This document shows positions 42,542 to 51,844 of a stretch of DNA of 64,000 bases, piece after piece. Position numbers and translations under genes: made by a program. Every line of letters begins with the position of its first letter. The first letter of the stretch is position 1. The DNA is from Oceanicoccus sp. (GTDB lineage: Bacteria > Pseudomonadota > Gammaproteobacteria > Pseudomonadales > Oceanobacteraceae): contig JBLHLT010000008.1 in assembly GCA_047621325.1 (NCBI GenBank), positions 37,804 through 101,803 on the forward strand. The letters run 5' to 3'. A model generated the notes under the pieces. It saw nothing but the letters and a program-made list of their open reading frames with translations. It ran no database searches and was not told the origin of the DNA.

Positions 42542-43474
42542 CTAAAGCTGGCCATAAGTATTAGATTCGCCACGCTCAAAGCCCTCCAGTGCACGACAGG
42601 CAATATCATAACCAAGCTGAATTTGTTCATCTGCACGGTAAAACTCATGAAAGCGAATAGAATCTTTAGGCATACGAATCAATAAATCAGGGCGATAACC
42701 TGCAATTTTATACTGCGTTAACGACGCCTGCATGGTGTCAAACATCTGATATACGACACCTAATTTACCGAGATTAGCGGTTATTGCACGCTCGGTTTCA
42801 TCGTCATCATCCCGCTCAAAAAACTGCAAGGTTTTAGTCTTTACCTGAGAAAACCAATTTTGCTTGTCCAATGCATGAGCCGCAACCTTGGCTTCATCTT
42901 CCATTGTACTTCGACCGCCAGGCATAGGCACATCAGCACTTAAATCCACCGCTATAATGGCTTCTGCATGCGTGCCCACCACAGGTGTTATAGGCAAAGG
43001 GTTCAGCACTGCACCATCTACCAACACCCGCCCATCTTTTATAACAGGCATCAATAGCGAAGGGATTGCACTGGATGCTCGGATAGATTCTTCAAGGCTA
43101 CCCGATGTAAACCAAATTTCTTTTTGCTGAATTAAGTCAGTGGCCACTGCTGTAAACGGTATTTGTAAATCTTGAATCTGAATACCGTTCAGCATCTGCG
43201 ATAAGCGATTGAATAATTTATCACCGCGAATTGCACCATTACTCAACAAGCTTATATCCACTAATTTTAAAACATCTAAGTAGCTTAATGAGCGCGTCCA
43301 TTCCTCAAACTCATCGAGCTTTCCGGCCGCATAAAAACCGCCAACAACGGCTCCCATCGAACAACCTGAAATACTTTTTATGTCATAATTTTTTTCAAGT
43401 AACGCTCGAATTACACCAATATGTGCGTAACCACGAGCACCACCACTACCTAACACAAGTGAAATAGACTTCAT
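42542..43474 (-). CDS. patatin-like phospholipase (RssA-like)
   Basis: GSGGARG oxyanion box, GCSMGA nucleophile elbow, DGAVLN Asp of the dyad. Confidence 0.88.
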   Translation of the reverse strand: MKSISLVLGSGGARGYAHIGVIRALLEKNYDIKSISGCSMGAVVGGFYAAGKLDEFEEWTRSLSYLDVLKLVDISLLSNGAIRGDKLFNRLSQMLNGIQIQDLQIPFTAVATDLIQQKEIWFTSGSLEESIRASSAIPSLLMPVIKDGRVLVDGAVLNPLPITPVVGTHAEAIIAVDLSADVPMPGGRSTMEDEAKVAAHALDKQNWFSQVKTKTLQFFERDDDDETERAITANLGKLGVVYQMFDTMQASLTQYKIAGYRPDLLIRMPKDSIRFHEFYRADEQIQLGYDIACRALEGFERGESNTYGQL

Positions 43475-44334
43475 TACTTCTTAAGCTCTACCAATTCAAT
43501 TCGATCGGATTTTAATGCTCTTGGCATTACCGCACCAGCACCATGTGCATACAAGTTTTTAATGAAACCGCCCGCATTTGCTACTTGATCTAACAGTTTA
43601 TTCGCTTCTTTTTGCGTATTTTCAATTAAAGTTTGATTCTCAACTCCACCATAACGGTGCACTACAAGTGCAAAACGCTTATTCGGGTTTTCCAGTAATA
43701 ACTGTTTCAACCAGTCAACTTGAGCGTCTCTAAGTCTAGCCTCTGTGCCTATCTGGCTCATGACGATATAACCTTGATCAAACAAGGTTTGCGCCTGACC
43801 TTTTTGCACAAAGCCATCCAGTTTATCTATTTGCCCCCTGTCTAGTTCAATTTTCTCAACATACGCATAAACACGCTTAGCGCTTCTAGCTGAGGTATAC
43901 ACTAGCCAAACACTCGGACTCTTATCATCCGACAAACCAACCCAATAAAATTGATCGCTATCGCGGCCATATAAAATAGACTGGTTAAACACCTGATTGG
44001 CAAAATCATTACTTAAACCACAACTACGCCCTTCACACTGAAATAAAGTAGACACTTTAGTCGAAAGCTGATTTTTAAAAAAAGCAAACGCCTCATCACT
44101 ACTAAGCCCTTCTGGTAATTGCCACAGCCAATGCCTTACTTTGCCTGATAGACGGACCTCTGCTTCTGGCTTCATTGCGCCACTAATGCGCTGAATCGCA
44201 CCGAGAACCAAACGATGATCCTTATATTGTATTGTGCCGCTGCTCTTTTGCTCACTGCCAACGATGGGATCAACCGCCCAAGAAAGCTGAGAGAGTAGGA
44301 TTAAGCATAAAAACTGAACGAATTTTGTTACCAT
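43474..44334 (-). CDS. secreted protein of unknown function
   Basis: ATG 44334 is preceded by AAGG and yields the signal peptide MVTKFVQFLCLILLSQLSWA. Its stop overlaps the patatin ATG (TAATG). The longer ORF to 44424 would overlap the divergent DTW gene. Confidence 0.6.
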   Translation of the reverse strand: MVTKFVQFLCLILLSQLSWAVDPIVGSEQKSSGTIQYKDHRLVLGAIQRISGAMKPEAEVRLSGKVRHWLWQLPEGLSSDEAFAFFKNQLSTKVSTLFQCEGRSCGLSNDFANQVFNQSILYGRDSDQFYWVGLSDDKSPSVWLVYTSARSAKRVYAYVEKIELDRGQIDKLDGFVQKGQAQTLFDQGYIVMSQIGTEARLRDAQVDWLKQLLLENPNKRFALVVHRYGGVENQTLIENTQKEANKLLDQVANAGGFIKNLYAHGAGAVMPRALKSDRIELVELKK

Positions 44335-44394
44335 GTAGCTACCTTGCACTGTATTTTTTAAATCACGGCTTAACTTAAACTGAACTGGCATATT

Positions 44395-44982
44395 GTGAAA
44401 GCGTCTTTTACTTATTGTATTCATTGCACCTTACCCATACCGTCATGTGTTTGCCAGTATGCGCCTAAAGTGCCACTGACAAAACCTTGCACACTACTTT
44501 ATCACCCAAGAGAGTACTCAAAGCGGAGTAATACTGGGCGACTATTAAAAATTGCCACCGATATAGCCACTGTAAGCTGGCATCGACTAAAAAACCCCGA
44601 ACTAGAAGCGCAATTCAAAGATTATGCTTTACTCTACCCTGCCGACAACATTCAAGACACTAATGATACGCAAAAGTTACCTTTACAAGATCACAATAAA
44701 ATTAAAGGGTATTTAATACTCGATGCCACTTGGCAAGAGTCACACAAAATGATGCGACAAAGCCCATGGCTTGCTCAATTAACTCGCGTTAGTATCAACG
44801 CCCCTAGCAGCCAGTATCAGCTGCGGCGCAATCAAAACCAACAAGGTTTAAGCACACTTGAAAGCTTAGCTTATTGGTTAATTGAACAGAATCAAAGGAA
44901 TTGCGGTCTAGAACTGATACAATTTTTACACTGTTTTCAAGATGCCTTTTTAAAAGCAAGACAAGCCGGACAACTTAAATAA
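44395..44982 (+). CDS. DTW-domain tRNA-uridine aminocarboxypropyltransferase
   Basis: N-terminal CIHCTLPIPSCVC cysteine cluster and a DATW motif (LILDATWQES); GTG start. Confidence 0.8.
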   Translation: MKASFTYCIHCTLPIPSCVCQYAPKVPLTKPCTLLYHPREYSKRSNTGRLLKIATDIATVSWHRLKNPELEAQFKDYALLYPADNIQDTNDTQKLPLQDHNKIKGYLILDATWQESHKMMRQSPWLAQLTRVSINAPSSQYQLRRNQNQQGLSTLESLAYWLIEQNQRNCGLELIQFLHCFQDAFLKARQAGQLK

Positions 44983-46814
44983 TGTTATTTCAATACCCGT
45001 TAAAAACCAGCCTTTTATTATCAGCCATTTTGGCTGTTTCAGCCTGTCAATTAAACACTCAACCTCAAGTTGCTGACAGCCCTGTTTTTACAGAAGAATA
45101 CAAACAAAGCCAGCAGCAATTAGCCGACACCTTAATCGAAGAATACAGTCACTGGCAGATATCCAGCAGCCCAATGTTACAAGCCTATCGGGGGCTTAAA
45201 ACCAACTACGGCAAATGGGATGATATTTCTGACGAATACCAACTTGAGCAATTAAACCAAGAAAAAGAATTTCTTGCTCGCATCAACACCATTACACTAT
45301 CAGCCTTAGAGCAACAAACCGCCCTAAGCCTTGCGCTATTACAAGATCAAATCGAACAAGATATCAAGCACTATGAATTTCGCCTGCTTAGCTTTCCGGT
45401 TAACCAGATGTATGGTTTGCACAGTGAAATCCCCAACTTTTTAATCAATATTCATCAAGTTAGCTCTATCAAAGATGCACGCTATTATATCGAGAGAGTT
45501 AACGGCACCAGTAAACTAATTGAACAACTTATCGAGCAATTAGAGCTGCGCGAAGCCAAAGGCATTCGTCCTCCACGTTTTGTTTATGACTCCGTTATTA
45601 GCGCCAGTGAAGGCCTCATTAGCGGATATCCGATTGATAGCAGTAAAATACACAATATTATCTGGAGCGATTTTCTACAAAAAATAGAACCTCTCGACCT
45701 ATATGACGCCAGCGGCAAGGTATTAAAAGACCAACTAAAACGCGCCCTTAAAAGACACTACTTACCAGCCTACAGCAAATTAATTAAACATCTTAAACAA
45801 GGCCGTGAATTAGCCAGTTCAGATACAGGGCTACATCAATTTGAGCAAGGCAAGGAGTACTACAACTTACGCTTGCAAGCCATTACGACGACAACGCTTA
45901 GTGCTGAGGATATTCATCAATTAGGACTTAACGAAATTGCCCGCATTAAAGCCACTATCATCAAACTGCTACCGCAGCTTAATCAACCTAGCCTAGAAGC
46001 ATTATTTGAATTTACTCGTACTGAAAAAAGCCTTTATTTTGAAAGCAATCAGCAGGCTCTTGAAAAAACAAAAACCTACATTAAAAACATGAACAGACAA
46101 CTTAATCGTGCATTTAAGGACATCCCTAATATTCCAATGGAAGTCTTAGAAGTCGAAAGTTATCGAGAGGAAAGTGCGCCTGTCGCGTTTTATCAAAGCC
46201 CAAGTGACGATGGTAAACGACCTGGTCGCTACTATATGAATGGCTCTAAATTAAATGAAATGCCTGCCTTCCAATTTGAAGCACTCGCTTATCACGAGAC
46301 AATCCCTGGGCACCACCTTCAAACCATTTACGCTCAACAAAGCAAACAAATACCTGAATTTCGCCGCCACATACATTTCACCGCGTACAGTGAAGGCTGG
46401 GGGTTATATGCAGAGACATTAGCGAAAGAACTCGGCGCCTACCAAGACCCATGGAACGAATACGGTCGCCTACTAATGGAGTTATGGCGCGCTAACCGCT
46501 TGGTTATTGATACTGGCTTACATTATTACGGCTGGGATATCGATAAAGCATTAACTTTTCGCTTAGCAAATACCCCTTTTTCAGAAGAAGATTCGTTAAA
46601 TGCCATTAAGCGCTATTTGGTTATGCCAGGACAAGCCACTGCATATAAAGTAGGACAGCTGAAGTTTTTAGAATTAAAGACATTAGCGGAACATGAACTA
46701 GGCCGAAAGCTTAATCTACCAGCCTACCATGCGTACATTTTGAATTTGGGGCCACTGCCCCTTACATTATTAGAGAAAGAAGTTAAGGCTTGGATTCAGC
46801 GCCAAAAGGCTTAA
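44982..46814 (+). CDS. DUF885-family lipoprotein/secreted putative metallopeptidase
   Basis: Signal/lipobox-like LSAILAVSAC; HETIPGHH zinc-type motif; 610 aa. The family call is from memory of DUF885 architecture. Confidence 0.65.
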   Translation: MLFQYPLKTSLLLSAILAVSACQLNTQPQVADSPVFTEEYKQSQQQLADTLIEEYSHWQISSSPMLQAYRGLKTNYGKWDDISDEYQLEQLNQEKEFLARINTITLSALEQQTALSLALLQDQIEQDIKHYEFRLLSFPVNQMYGLHSEIPNFLINIHQVSSIKDARYYIERVNGTSKLIEQLIEQLELREAKGIRPPRFVYDSVISASEGLISGYPIDSSKIHNIIWSDFLQKIEPLDLYDASGKVLKDQLKRALKRHYLPAYSKLIKHLKQGRELASSDTGLHQFEQGKEYYNLRLQAITTTTLSAEDIHQLGLNEIARIKATIIKLLPQLNQPSLEALFEFTRTEKSLYFESNQQALEKTKTYIKNMNRQLNRAFKDIPNIPMEVLEVESYREESAPVAFYQSPSDDGKRPGRYYMNGSKLNEMPAFQFEALAYHETIPGHHLQTIYAQQSKQIPEFRRHIHFTAYSEGWGLYAETLAKELGAYQDPWNEYGRLLMELWRANRLVIDTGLHYYGWDIDKALTFRLANTPFSEEDSLNAIKRYLVMPGQATAYKVGQLKFLELKTLAEHELGRKLNLPAYHAYILNLGPLPLTLLEKEVKAWIQRQKA

Positions 46815-49254
46815 ATACTATAAGCATGCGGGGCAATAGCGTTAGCACTAAAACTAGCGCTATTAACATGGCCAAGCCAGTCAACAAACCAAAGTAAATA
46901 GTCGGTATAAAGTTAGATAACGCCAATATTGAAAAGCCCACCACTACCGTAAGAGATGTGTAATAAACCGCTTTACCAATAGACCCATGACAGTTTTTAA
47001 CAGCCTGCTCATATTGACCAATCTCATTAAATTCTTCTGTAAAGCGATGAATATAGTGAATCGTATCATCCACCGCGATACCAATCGTAATGGCCGCTAT
47101 CGTGATAGTCATCATATCCAGCGGTATCCCTGCCCAACCCATGACAGCCAGCACCACGCCAGCGCTGAGTAAGTTAGGTACAATCGCGATCAGTGCCATC
47201 CTCCAAGAGCGGAACAACACCATAAACATAAACATAATGCCGATAAAAACCGCACCCAGCGTTAATATTTGGGAGGTAAACAAGCTTTGCAGCATGTTGT
47301 TATACAACACCATCATCCCTGCCAGCATAAATTCATCTTTTTTAAGCCCAAACTTTTCTTGAAGATCGGTCTCGATACGCTGCAATAGCTCAGCACGCTT
47401 TAAATCTGGTTGGCTATCATAAATACGTAAGCTGATTCTTGCCTGACCATTCTCTGGTGATACATAAGGGTCTAACACAATCGCTTTAAATTCATCAGGA
47501 ATGGCACTGTAGAGTAAAGCCAATTCAAAGCTACCTAGCTCTGTACCATTAATCTTCTCAGCCACCTCAACCATCGTGGCAATAGAAATCACTTTACCTA
47601 TTTCAGGCTGCGCCTCTAAATAAGCATGAACCTTTTTAATGCGGTCGACTTTTTCAGTGGTAAACCAATATTTGGTTGGATCTTCTTTTTCAACCTCATC
47701 AAAAAAGAAGTCATCATTTTCTTCGCTGGCCCACTCTTGGCTCACCACAGGAAAATTCAACACCACTTCAAGCGGTGTAGTACCACCTAAGCGCTGATCT
47801 ATAACCTTCATGCCTTGGTGAATCTCAGTTGAGTCCTTAAAGTAACTAATAAAACTGTTTTCAACTTTTAGTTGCGCCAAGCCCGCTACCACCAGAATCG
47901 TTAACACCACACTGATTGAAAGCAGCTTTCCACCATGTTTGAGGGTCACCCACAAAAATAAATCGGTAATCGGACTGTGGGTTTTAGCACTGGCTGATTC
48001 GCTCCCTTTGCCTGCTAGCAAGGCAAACACAGGAAACAAAATAAAGACGATACACAACGCAACAAAGACGCCGGTCGCCATCATCCAACCAAAATCAATG
48101 ACAGGGCGAATGCCACTAAAAATAAGCGAATTGAAGGCAACCATTGTGGTTAACGCCATATAAAAACATGGCTTAAACATATGACCGATGGTTTCTTTTA
48201 CTAGATTAAATTGCGATGCATCAGGATTTTCAGCGTGAGCCTCTCTGTACCTAACAATCAAATGGATACACATAGACATGGTCATAATTAACAATAAACT
48301 TACAAAGTTGCTTGATATAACCGTTACACGCCAATTAAATAAACCTAATACGCCAACCATAACGGCAACCGTTAATGTGCAGCAACCCAGCGCAATGATC
48401 ACCCAACGTACACGGCGAAAGATAAACAGCAGCGTTACAACTAGAAATAAAAACACGCCTAAACCAAAGGTATACATATCACTCTCGACGTAAGTAATCA
48501 TGTCATCCGCGATCATGGGCACACCACCAAGATAGACCTCAGCCTGAGACTGGTAAGGCTTTAATACTTCACGAATTTTAATAATATCTTGATGAAGGGT
48601 TTTTGCATTATTGGCGTTTAATTCTTTTATCTGTTGATCAAGCTCTGACAACTTAGCGAGTTCATCACTGGACAAATGGTCAATTGCTTTTTTATTCCAT
48701 AAATCTTCACGGGTTTTGGTGAGTTGACGATGACGAGCATCAAAAGGACGGTTGATTTGAATAGCTGTCGTATTGTGCTCAAGGTTAAGCAGCATGTTGT
48801 TATAAAGCGGACTAGTGGCTAGCTCTTGCTTTGCCGCCTCTACATCCACATCTGGATGCTCTAAATTTTTAATGTTATCGACTAACTCTGCAACCGGTAC
48901 AGGCGGGTTTTCTAATAGGGGAACATCTAGCAAGGTATAAATAGAATCAACGCGAGGCAGAGCTTTTAAATCATCACGCATCTGCTTCAAAAGACTAAGC
49001 GATGCTTCAGAAAACAAGGGCCAAGGCGGCGTGTAAGTAACAATTAAAAACTCACTGCTCCCAAAGCGCTCAGAAACAGTGCGGTAATTCACTAGATCTT
49101 GATCATTCTCCAGTACTAATGACTCAGCGGAGGCGTCTAATTCAAAATTAGACGCTGCTTGGACAATCAGTAGTATTATCAGCCCCATGACGATCAGGGC
49201 TGTTTTTGGGAACTTTAAAATAGAATTTTGGTAGAACTGAGCTAAACGCAACAT
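46783..49254 (-). CDS. RND-superfamily / MMPL-type transporter (12 TM, two large periplasmic loops)
   Basis: 823 aa with duplicated 1+5 TM topology and SSD-like TM blocks (ITIAAITIGIAVDDTIHY). Confidence 0.8.
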   Translation of the reverse strand: MLRLAQFYQNSILKFPKTALIVMGLIILLIVQAASNFELDASAESLVLENDQDLVNYRTVSERFGSSEFLIVTYTPPWPLFSEASLSLLKQMRDDLKALPRVDSIYTLLDVPLLENPPVPVAELVDNIKNLEHPDVDVEAAKQELATSPLYNNMLLNLEHNTTAIQINRPFDARHRQLTKTREDLWNKKAIDHLSSDELAKLSELDQQIKELNANNAKTLHQDIIKIREVLKPYQSQAEVYLGGVPMIADDMITYVESDMYTFGLGVFLFLVVTLLFIFRRVRWVIIALGCCTLTVAVMVGVLGLFNWRVTVISSNFVSLLLIMTMSMCIHLIVRYREAHAENPDASQFNLVKETIGHMFKPCFYMALTTMVAFNSLIFSGIRPVIDFGWMMATGVFVALCIVFILFPVFALLAGKGSESASAKTHSPITDLFLWVTLKHGGKLLSISVVLTILVVAGLAQLKVENSFISYFKDSTEIHQGMKVIDQRLGGTTPLEVVLNFPVVSQEWASEENDDFFFDEVEKEDPTKYWFTTEKVDRIKKVHAYLEAQPEIGKVISIATMVEVAEKINGTELGSFELALLYSAIPDEFKAIVLDPYVSPENGQARISLRIYDSQPDLKRAELLQRIETDLQEKFGLKKDEFMLAGMMVLYNNMLQSLFTSQILTLGAVFIGIMFMFMVLFRSWRMALIAIVPNLLSAGVVLAVMGWAGIPLDMMTITIAAITIGIAVDDTIHYIHRFTEEFNEIGQYEQAVKNCHGSIGKAVYYTSLTVVVGFSILALSNFIPTIYFGLLTGLAMLIALVLVLTLLPRMLIVFKPFGAESKP

Positions 49255-49371
49255 ACAAATAAAGACAACTTACTAATAAGGTAGCTGGCCTTTATAAAAG
49301 TATGCTGCGCAACATGCAAGAGGCAGAGTCGAACAATCTGTTACAACACGGTGCACAAGAAAGATTTAAGC

Positions 49372-49827
49372 TCAATTATGGGGTTTAAGATGGCTCTTTA
49401 GTTGAGCCAACGAACCCACAACACCCAGTTTTGATTGTTGCTGCATACACTGAATGGCTTCGAGTATGTGAATCAATCGCTCAAATTCTAAACACAAATC
49501 TAACGGCGCCTGTGTTTCTTGCAGCAATTCAAGGTAACAGCAAACATAATCGTAGCTATCCCTTAGCTGCTGGCTAAATGCCTCGTCCGTAAAAGACTCT
49601 AAAGAGCCCAACAGCTCTTGAACTTTAAGCAATTCAACAGCGCCTTCACTATCGCCATACAGCGATTCATGGCATATAAAGCGGCGCAAAAATAAAATGC
49701 TCGACTGTAAAATATTCGCACATTGTTGCGATGACGGTTTGACGCTCGCAATAGCCTGCCAGTCTGGCATGCCGTCATTGTGACGATTGTTGTTTTTATT
49801 GGCGTGAGGATCAATTGACGGTGTCAT
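49372..49827 (-). CDS. hypothetical Cys-rich cytoplasmic protein
   Basis: 151 aa from ATG 49827 (AAGGA 8 nt upstream); six Cys; no family recognised. Confidence 0.5.
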   Translation of the reverse strand: MTPSIDPHANKNNNRHNDGMPDWQAIASVKPSSQQCANILQSSILFLRRFICHESLYGDSEGAVELLKVQELLGSLESFTDEAFSQQLRDSYDYVCCYLELLQETQAPLDLCLEFERLIHILEAIQCMQQQSKLGVVGSLAQLKSHLKPHN

Positions 49828-49915
49828 AAAGCTGTCCTTTAGGTGATTCCAGCCACAATTAAGCGATAAACATGCCAATCTTTTAGCAGTTATCGCTTTA
49901 AGTCCTTTTATTCCA

Positions 49916-51271
49916 TTATTTCTTCGGCTTAGGCTTTTTTGCTAGCTTTTTAATATGCCGACTTACGCTCAAATATACCGCAAACAAAACTAACGGCATA
50001 GCAACGCCGGATGCCACTTTGGGATCTAGGTTAATACCCCACTGAGCCATACCCTCGAAACCATACACCAGTAGGCTTAATAAGTAGTAACTAATAGCAA
50101 CAACTGACAAACCCTCTACCGTTTGCTGCAATCTCAACTGCAGGCTAGAGCGACGGTCCATCGATGCTAACAGCTTCTGATTTTGGCTTTCAATGCTCAA
50201 TTCGACACGAGTGCGCAATAAGCTGGTTGTGCGATGAATGCGACGACTCAAATCCTCTAGGCGATCGCGCACACTATTACAGGTACGAATACCGGGTGTT
50301 AAGCGGCGCTCTAGAAATTCACGCAATGTTTGCAGGCCACTAATGCGCTGCTCAAATACCTGTTCTAAGCGCTTACCAACCAATGCATGGTAGGCATTGG
50401 TTGCCGCAAAGCGGTAATTTGTGTCGCTTCGGTACTGCTCTACTCTTGCCGCAATTAAAGAAAGACGCTTCAGTAAGGCTCTCTCATCTTGCTCTGTTTG
50501 GATTTCGGCAATCTTCTGGTTAATCTCAGCCAATTGCGCTTCCATATATGACACATCAGCACTCAATCCTCGCGCTACTGGCAACCCCATCAATGCCGTT
50601 AAACGATAGGTATCTAGCTCCAATATTCGCTGCACCAAACGACCCGCTTGATACGCGTTTAAGCCATGATTCACCACTAAGAAGCGTCCAAAACCATCAC
50701 TGTGTAAACGGAAGCTCGTCAATGCCTTTGCCTTACCGTTTGCCACACAACTCCCCACGGGGCGTTGCCCTTCAAAGAAATGCGCTTGCTGACTCTCATT
50801 CATTTCTTCATCTTGCACACGAATATTAAGAGCTACGACTAACTCCCCAGGAAGCTGATTAAGCCAATCCTTAGGAATGAAAGCCAAGCCAAATTCACTG
50901 GCTTTTTGCTCATCAATTGAACGAATAAAGGTATAGGTAGAAAACTCGGTATGGCGCTCCCAACGAAATTCAAAACCACCAAAACCTTGATAAAAACACG
51001 ATGCACCTGGGGCAGGCGGATTAACGCTAAAACGCTGACACAGACTAACCACTAAATCATATTCATGCTGAATATCCCCTTCTCCGCGAGACAAAGCTAA
51101 ATGTGTCACATAACAAGGGGTTACGATCTTAGGAGATGGACGAGTATGCAATTCTTCATACAAAGAATTACGGTGTTGATAGATAGGCAAACTTAAGGTT
51201 TGCCCATCATGATTAAGTTGCAATTCTGACATTGAGTCGCCATTCATTTTAATTTGGCGCGATAGTAGCAC
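49916..51271 (-). CDS. DUF3422-family membrane-anchored protein
   Basis: N-terminal HRNSLYEELHTRPSP, long helical middle, two C-terminal TM helices. The start is ambiguous (GTG 51271, ATG 51247 or ATG 51232). Confidence 0.65.
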   Translation of the reverse strand: MLLSRQIKMNGDSMSELQLNHDGQTLSLPIYQHRNSLYEELHTRPSPKIVTPCYVTHLALSRGEGDIQHEYDLVVSLCQRFSVNPPAPGASCFYQGFGGFEFRWERHTEFSTYTFIRSIDEQKASEFGLAFIPKDWLNQLPGELVVALNIRVQDEEMNESQQAHFFEGQRPVGSCVANGKAKALTSFRLHSDGFGRFLVVNHGLNAYQAGRLVQRILELDTYRLTALMGLPVARGLSADVSYMEAQLAEINQKIAEIQTEQDERALLKRLSLIAARVEQYRSDTNYRFAATNAYHALVGKRLEQVFEQRISGLQTLREFLERRLTPGIRTCNSVRDRLEDLSRRIHRTTSLLRTRVELSIESQNQKLLASMDRRSSLQLRLQQTVEGLSVVAISYYLLSLLVYGFEGMAQWGINLDPKVASGVAMPLVLFAVYLSVSRHIKKLAKKPKPKK

Positions 51272-51286
51272 AAGTTTCTAAAAGCC

Positions 51287-51320
51287 AAAAAAAACGCCAC
51301 CAAAACACAGCTTTGGTGGC
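51287..51320 (-). terminator. rho-independent terminator after the ybfE-like gene
   Basis: Minus strand GCCACCAAA-gctgtgt-TTTGGTGGC followed by G and T8. Confidence 0.8.
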
Positions 51321-51350
51321 GCGAGCGAGCAGGAGACACTGCTGCATTTT

Positions 51351-51644
51351 CTAACCTTGCGGTAATTCTTCACCCATCATTTCAAACCACTCAGCGATGC
51401 ACAGCTCGACCACTTCAGTACGCGTGCACTCTTGTAATTTGGCATATTCATCAAGCTTATCAACCAACTCTGTTGGCATCTTCACTTCCATTCGACGCAT
51501 ACCCTTATGCTTATCTCGCATTCGCTGCACGCGCTTATTAATTCGAATTTGCACTTCTCTTGGATAAGGATTTGAGCGAGGACGCCCTTTTTGCGCTTCC
51601 TTAAACATATCTATCGTGGTGCGATCTTCAACTTGCACGCCCAT
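51351..51644 (-). CDS. ybfE: YbfE-like ribbon-helix-helix protein (family annotated as LexA-regulated protein)
   Basis: DRTTIDMF...GRPRSNP...QIRINKRVQRMRDK...RMEVKM aligns with E. coli YbfE (DRTTLDLF...GRPKTNP...LRINKRNQLKRDK...RVELKL). Confidence 0.75.
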   Translation of the reverse strand: MGVQVEDRTTIDMFKEAQKGRPRSNPYPREVQIRINKRVQRMRDKHKGMRRMEVKMPTELVDKLDEYAKLQECTRTEVVELCIAEWFEMMGEELPQG

Positions 51645-51675
51645 TCAATATCCCTCTCAATACATTCACCCATTA

Positions 51676-51704
51676 AATATGACCTGTCATCATTCTAATG
51701 TCAA
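51676..51704 (-). promoter_or_regulatory. candidate sigma70 promoter of the ybfE-like gene
   Basis: Minus strand TTGACA-17 nt-CATATT, with the -10 lying 32 nt upstream of the ATG. Confidence 0.4.
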
Positions 51705-51844
51705 ATTATTAGAAGCTATTTTGATCAATTTGAATAAAGTTGTCGGATGTTGACTAAAAATGCAGTGAAAGCGTGTTGAATGACTTGCTCGCAACGGCAA
51801 TACACCATAAGGTTTGGGCATATATTTATGGAGTTCTGACCTGA

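Noticed and set aside
51645-51844. Expected LexA (SOS) box upstream of the ybfE-like gene
   Set aside because: Only an isolated ACAG half-site (…aatgatgACAGgtc…) is present. No CTGT-N8-ACAG 16-mer occurs on either strand, so SOS regulation cannot be claimed.
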